Shown: piece after piece, positions 58,419 to 64,000 of the stretch
How positions within the stretch are numbered: the first letter of the stretch is position 1
Layout of the letters: every line of letters starts with the position of its first letter
NCBI GenBank assembly: GCA_965205485.1
Contig: OZ242180.1
Coordinates: 3,008,001-3,072,000 of the forward strand
Length of the DNA: 64,000 nucleotides
Origin: Candidatus Latescibacterota bacterium
GTDB taxonomy: Bacteria > Latescibacterota > UBA2968 > GCA-2709665
Direction: 5' to 3'
The notes under the pieces: model-generated
Databases searched by the model: none
Seen by the model: the letters and a program-made list of their open reading frames with translations, nothing else
What the model was told of the DNA's origin: nothing
Translations under genes and position numbers: made by a program

Positions 58419-58463
58419 CTTTTGCAGCCGCGCGAAGACCGCTGGGAATGTTGAGACAGCTTC
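58419..58463. mobile_element. MITE family B, partial copy (right end)
   Basis: CTTTTGCAGCCGCGCGAAGACCGCTGGG…AGACAGCTTC followed by TAA, as at 15814-15861. Confidence 0.75.
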
Positions 58464-58643
58464 TAAAAGGAATAGACGATCGGGAGCATTCAGACAGTTC
58501 GTTCGAACTGAACGGTTCAGTCCGGTGCCACATCGGGAGTCGCGGGTCGGTGCGGGACCGGGATAAAGATCAGCGCCCGCGGTGCGGGAGGCGATGGCGT
58601 AACGCCCGTACTGTGACGGAAGACAATTCAGCCGGAGGTCGCA

Positions 58644-60008
58644 ATGGTCGATAATCTGACTGAGAAGCCGAATGTCGTCGTTTTCTATACCGATCAACAA
58701 CGGTGGGATACGACCGGCGTTCACGGGAACCCGCTGGACCTGACGCCCAATTTCGATCGGATGGCGCAGCGGGGCACCCATGTCTCGAATTCCTTCACCT
58801 GCCAGCCCGTTTGCGGACCCGCCCGTTCCTGTCTGCAGACGGGGTTGTACGCTACGGTAACGGGTTGCTTTCGCAATGGAATCCCTCTACCGCCGGACAG
58901 CCGGACCCTGGCACACCATTTCAATGACGCCGGTTATCGCACGGCGTATATAGGCAAGTGGCATTTGTACGGAAGGGATTCGAAGGGCCCGGTGCCGCCG
59001 GAGGGTCGCGGAGGCTATGAATATTGGCTGGCATCAAACGTGCTCGAATTCACGTCGGAGGCCTATCGAACGGTCCTGTACGACAACGAGGGTGATCCGG
59101 TGGATCTTCCGGGATATCGGGTCGACGCCGTCACGGACGCGGCGATCAGGTACATTCACTCGAACCGGGAACGTCCGTTCTTTCTGTTTGTCTCCTATAT
59201 CGAACCCCACCACCAGAACCATATCGACGATTATCCGGCGCCGGACGGATACCGAGAGCGATACGACGGCCGGTGGATGCCGCCTGACCTGGCATCGCTC
59301 GGCGGATCCGCACATCGTCATCTCGGCGGTTACTACGGGATGGTGAAGCGGTTGGACGAGGCGCTGGGGAGGATGTTGGACGCGCTGAAGAGTACGGGTC
59401 TTGCGGAACGGACCGTTGTTTTGTTCACGTCGGACCACGGTTGCCACTTCAAGACCCGCAATGCCGAGTACAAGCGGTCCTGCCACGAGAGTTCGATTCG
59501 AGTGCCAACAGCGCTTCAGGGACCGGGATTCAACGGCGGGGGGCGCATTGAGGAACTGGTCAGCACGGTGGATCTGACGCCCACGCTTCTGGATGCGGCC
59601 GGGATTTCGATACCGCCTGAAATGCAGGGCCGGTCGATCCTGCCGCTGACGGTCGGGAACAGCGAGGGTTGGCCGGAGGAAACGTTTGTGCAGATCAGTG
59701 AGGCTCAGGTGGGGAGGGCCGTGCGCACCCATCGGTGGAAGTACGGCGTGGATGCGCCTGAACGACAAGGCGCACAGCAGGCTGGATCGGACCGCTACGT
59801 CGAACAATACCTGTACGATCTGGATGCGGATCCGTACGAGTTATGCAATCTGATCGGGACGACTTCCCATCAGGAAGTGGCGCGGATCATGAGACAGCGT
59901 CTGGTCCGGCGGATGATTGAGGCCGGCGAAGACGCGCCGGAAATCCAGCCGGCAGAAACAAGGGAAGGCGGACAGCGACGAGTGTCGCCAGTTGAAGCAC
60001 GCAGCTGA
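58644..60008 (+). CDS. Cys-type sulfatase
   Basis: KPNVVVFYTDQQRWD, TPNFDRMA, VCGPARSCLQTG (CxPxR), YIGKWHL, TSDHG, LYDLDADPYE. Confidence 0.92.
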   Translation: MVDNLTEKPNVVVFYTDQQRWDTTGVHGNPLDLTPNFDRMAQRGTHVSNSFTCQPVCGPARSCLQTGLYATVTGCFRNGIPLPPDSRTLAHHFNDAGYRTAYIGKWHLYGRDSKGPVPPEGRGGYEYWLASNVLEFTSEAYRTVLYDNEGDPVDLPGYRVDAVTDAAIRYIHSNRERPFFLFVSYIEPHHQNHIDDYPAPDGYRERYDGRWMPPDLASLGGSAHRHLGGYYGMVKRLDEALGRMLDALKSTGLAERTVVLFTSDHGCHFKTRNAEYKRSCHESSIRVPTALQGPGFNGGGRIEELVSTVDLTPTLLDAAGISIPPEMQGRSILPLTVGNSEGWPEETFVQISEAQVGRAVRTHRWKYGVDAPERQGAQQAGSDRYVEQYLYDLDADPYELCNLIGTTSHQEVARIMRQRLVRRMIEAGEDAPEIQPAETREGGQRRVSPVEARS

Positions 60009-60137
60009 TCTGTCTGAGCCGGCTGTCCGCTTTGAAATAGCGAATGACGCGGCCGAACGGGACCCATCGTCGGGATTGAAGGGAACCGGGCGCGTTGCCG
60101 CCTCGAGCGACGATCCGGGAATTTATCGCCGGCGAAT

Positions 60138-61838
<1,701 letters not shown>

Positions 61839-61900
61839 TCAGTCTCCTTTGCTGAATACTCCGCCGCTTGAGATCGCCCGGGAACCGCGAGTTGTCGTGT

Positions 61901-61939
61901 GAAAAACACAATGGGCCGTCCCCTCGGAAGGAACGGCCC
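61901..61939 (-). terminator. Intrinsic terminator in thiC leader (riboswitch expression platform)
   Basis: Minus strand GGGCCGTTCC-ttccgag-GGGACGGCCC followed by ATTGTGTTTTTC, between the aptamer and the thiC RBS. Confidence 0.65.
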
Positions 61940-61962
61940 TTAATAACTCGCAAGGCCTGTGT

Positions 61963-62037
61963 TCCGCTTCCCTACGCTGGCATAATCCAGATCAGGTTCC
62001 AAGGGTATGATCTCAGCCGTATGGCACCCCACGCGGA
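61963..62037 (-). ncRNA. TPP riboswitch (THI element)
   Basis: Minus strand GGGGTG…CTGAGAT…ACCCTTGGAACCTGATCTGGATTATGCCAGCGTAGGGAAG, closed by a TCCGC/GCGGA P1 stem, upstream of thiC. Confidence 0.95.
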
Positions 62038-62048
62038 TCTCGGCTTAC

Positions 62049-62077
62049 AAGATAAAGGCGTGCAAAAGATCTGTCAA
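62049..62077 (-). promoter_or_regulatory. Sigma70-type promoter for the thiC leader
   Basis: Minus strand TTGACA (62077-62072), 17 nt, TATCTT (62054-62049), just upstream of the aptamer. Confidence 0.7.
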
Positions 62078-62085
62078 GGGCAGAA

Positions 62086-62958
62086 TTACAGTTCCGTCAG
62101 AGGCCGCATCCGGACATCGACTTCGAGCCGGGTCTCGCCGCCGCCCTGTCGGACGCCGCGGGTGGGAGAGATGTCCAGATAGTCGCGTCCTGTCGCGATC
62201 CGGACGTGACGTTCGCCGGCAAGGCTCCGGTTGGTTGGATCAAAGCCCACCCATCCCAGTTTCGGCAGGAGGCATTCCACCCAGGCGTGGGTTGCATTGC
62301 TCCAGGCCTGGCCGTCCGGAGAACCGGGGACGTAGAGATAGCCCGAGACGTAGCGGGCGGGGACGCACCAGGAACGGGCGACCGCGATCATGACGTGGGC
62401 GTAGTCCTGGCAGACCCCGCGGCCCGAGGTCAGGATTTCCTCAATTGGAGACGCGGCCGACGTGCTTCCCGGAGTATATTGAAACACGCTGTGCAGCGTA
62501 TCCGATAGCCGGATCAGATCCCTGAGCGGGTCTTTCCCGCGTGCAATGCCGTTTTGCCTGGTGAAATCGGCGAGCGCCGGGGACGGATACGCCATCGCAC
62601 TGGGATGGGCATAGTCCCAATGCAGACATGCGTCCCACCAGGCGTTGATCTCCTTCCACGCACCGGCGCCGAGACCGGACGGCAGCAACTTGAACGGAGC
62701 CGGGATCACCGTGGATCGAGCCGTAATCTCCAGCGATCTGTGCTCGGGGTGGACGCAGAGGACGTGCCGCGTGTTGCCAAATGGATCTGTCTCGGCGCTC
62801 AGTGAGCCTGGTGGCCGGGTTTCGATTTCGAAACGAACGAGTTGCTGACACGCGTTCACAAGCGGCTTCAGGCAGAGCAGCATGACGCACTCACGCGCGG
62901 GGAACGTGTACTCATAGCGTGAGACGTGCCTGATTTCGTATTGTGTCGTTCCGGCCAA
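62086..62958 (-). CDS. Transglutaminase-like family protein
   Basis: YEIRHVSRYEY, DPFGN, RGVCQDYAHV, PARYVSGY, THAWVE…WVGFDPTN, GRDYLDISP. Start uncertain (TTG at 62958 or 62982). Confidence 0.9.
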   Translation of the reverse strand: MAGTTQYEIRHVSRYEYTFPARECVMLLCLKPLVNACQQLVRFEIETRPPGSLSAETDPFGNTRHVLCVHPEHRSLEITARSTVIPAPFKLLPSGLGAGAWKEINAWWDACLHWDYAHPSAMAYPSPALADFTRQNGIARGKDPLRDLIRLSDTLHSVFQYTPGSTSAASPIEEILTSGRGVCQDYAHVMIAVARSWCVPARYVSGYLYVPGSPDGQAWSNATHAWVECLLPKLGWVGFDPTNRSLAGERHVRIATGRDYLDISPTRGVRQGGGETRLEVDVRMRPLTEL

Positions 62959-62978
62959 GGTACCTGTATATCCGCGAG

Positions 62979-63959
62979 TCAATAAACGGCGCGGTATTCT
63001 ATATATGCAGCGGCAATATGATCGTGGAGTTCCCGGCAGTACCTCATGAGGTCTCCAATAAGGACCTCGCGGTCTTCGCGATCGGGCCAATCGTAATGGA
63101 TCAGTGCGCACATGCGTCTGGCCATGCGCAGGGCGACTGCACTGGAGTGTTCGTCGGACCCGGCACCGATGGCACCGAGTTCCGAAGCCACCGCGTCGAG
63201 CGAGTAGCACAGAGAGCCGTGTAGCAGCGGGTCGGTGACGAGAAGGTCGAGGACGCGACGCGACTGGACGTCGACGCTGTAATTCCGGCTGTAAGCGTCA
63301 TAGGCCTGGCAAACGTACAGGAGATTCGTCCAGTCCGCGTCGGAGGCCTCGTCCATTATTTTGTCCATGGAGAGCTGGGAAAGAAACAGCGAGGCCGAAC
63401 ATTGGGCGCGTTCGATATGCCTCCCGAGTCGCAGAAAGTGCCACCCTTCGTCGCGGTACATCGTTGCTTCCGCCACTCCGGCAAAGGTGTTGATGTCGCC
63501 TGCCGTTGCAGCAAAAAAGCTCTCCGGTGTTGGCTTCCAGATGTCTCGAATGCTCAGGTTCCGGAGCCGCAGATATGCGAGGTTGAGACAGGTCCACATT
63601 TCCCCGCTGATGCAATGGCGCATCTGCCGGGCATTTTCACGGCCGAGGGAGAAACAATTCCAGACTGAATCGGGATTCGAGCGTTCGAACGTGAGATCGT
63701 CGGCCAGCGTGTAGGAGTCGGCCAGCGTGAAGTCGTCGTTCCCGACCATCGTAATACTGCCACCGGGAGGACGACGGTTCAGGCTCATGTAGATTCGACT
63801 CCATCCGAAATAGATCTCACGGATCGGCCGGTCCACCAGCGCTTCCACCTGGAATCGTAACACTCGACAGAGATGCTCCGCACGTTCCAGATAGCGGCCC
63901 ATCCAGTAAAGTCCCTGGGCGCTGCGCGCAAGCAGTCTGGGATTACCGGGGGTCGTCAT
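62979..63959 (-). CDS. Alpha-E domain (DUF403) protein
   Basis: LLARSAQGLYWMGRYLERAE, RENARQMR…ISGEMW, FLRLGRHIERA (two ER motifs). Confidence 0.92.
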   Translation of the reverse strand: MTTPGNPRLLARSAQGLYWMGRYLERAEHLCRVLRFQVEALVDRPIREIYFGWSRIYMSLNRRPPGGSITMVGNDDFTLADSYTLADDLTFERSNPDSVWNCFSLGRENARQMRHCISGEMWTCLNLAYLRLRNLSIRDIWKPTPESFFAATAGDINTFAGVAEATMYRDEGWHFLRLGRHIERAQCSASLFLSQLSMDKIMDEASDADWTNLLYVCQAYDAYSRNYSVDVQSRRVLDLLVTDPLLHGSLCYSLDAVASELGAIGAGSDEHSSAVALRMARRMCALIHYDWPDREDREVLIGDLMRYCRELHDHIAAAYIEYRAVY

Positions 63960-64000
63960 CAATCCTCATCTGCTTCTTCCGGGTTGAGCACAAACTCGGG

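Overview
GC-rich bacterial window with about 40 CDS. The gene content (TonB-dependent receptor, T9SS-like C-terminal-domain protein, PorV/PorQ-like barrel, two GWxTD/TPR proteins, a dockerin-like DFDGxG repeat, sulfatases, heparinase II/III-like lyases, many PhyH oxygenases) suggests an FCB-superphylum organism such as Latescibacterota; this is inference only. Most of the window is catabolic or secondary-metabolism accessory genes. It also holds two toxin-antitoxin-like pairs, a BlaI plus BlaR1(M56)-multi-TonB operon with a visible promoter and operator, thiC under a TPP riboswitch, and the transglutaminase/alpha-E end of a predicted peptide-ligation operon. Main leads: (1) four of five PhyH-family Fe/2OG enzymes have H-x-G or H-x-A instead of H-x-D, the signature of radical halogenases, and three of them sit in one co-oriented cluster; (2) a receptor / CTD-cargo / dedicated-PorV cassette; (3) three MITE families with different IS-type ends that share one internal CAAGGCG...AACG(C/T)AG core. 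Three single-base frameshifts may be assembly errors. No rRNA, tRNA, CRISPR array, transposase or reverse transcriptase was seen. All family assignments come from motif recognition by eye, not database searches.
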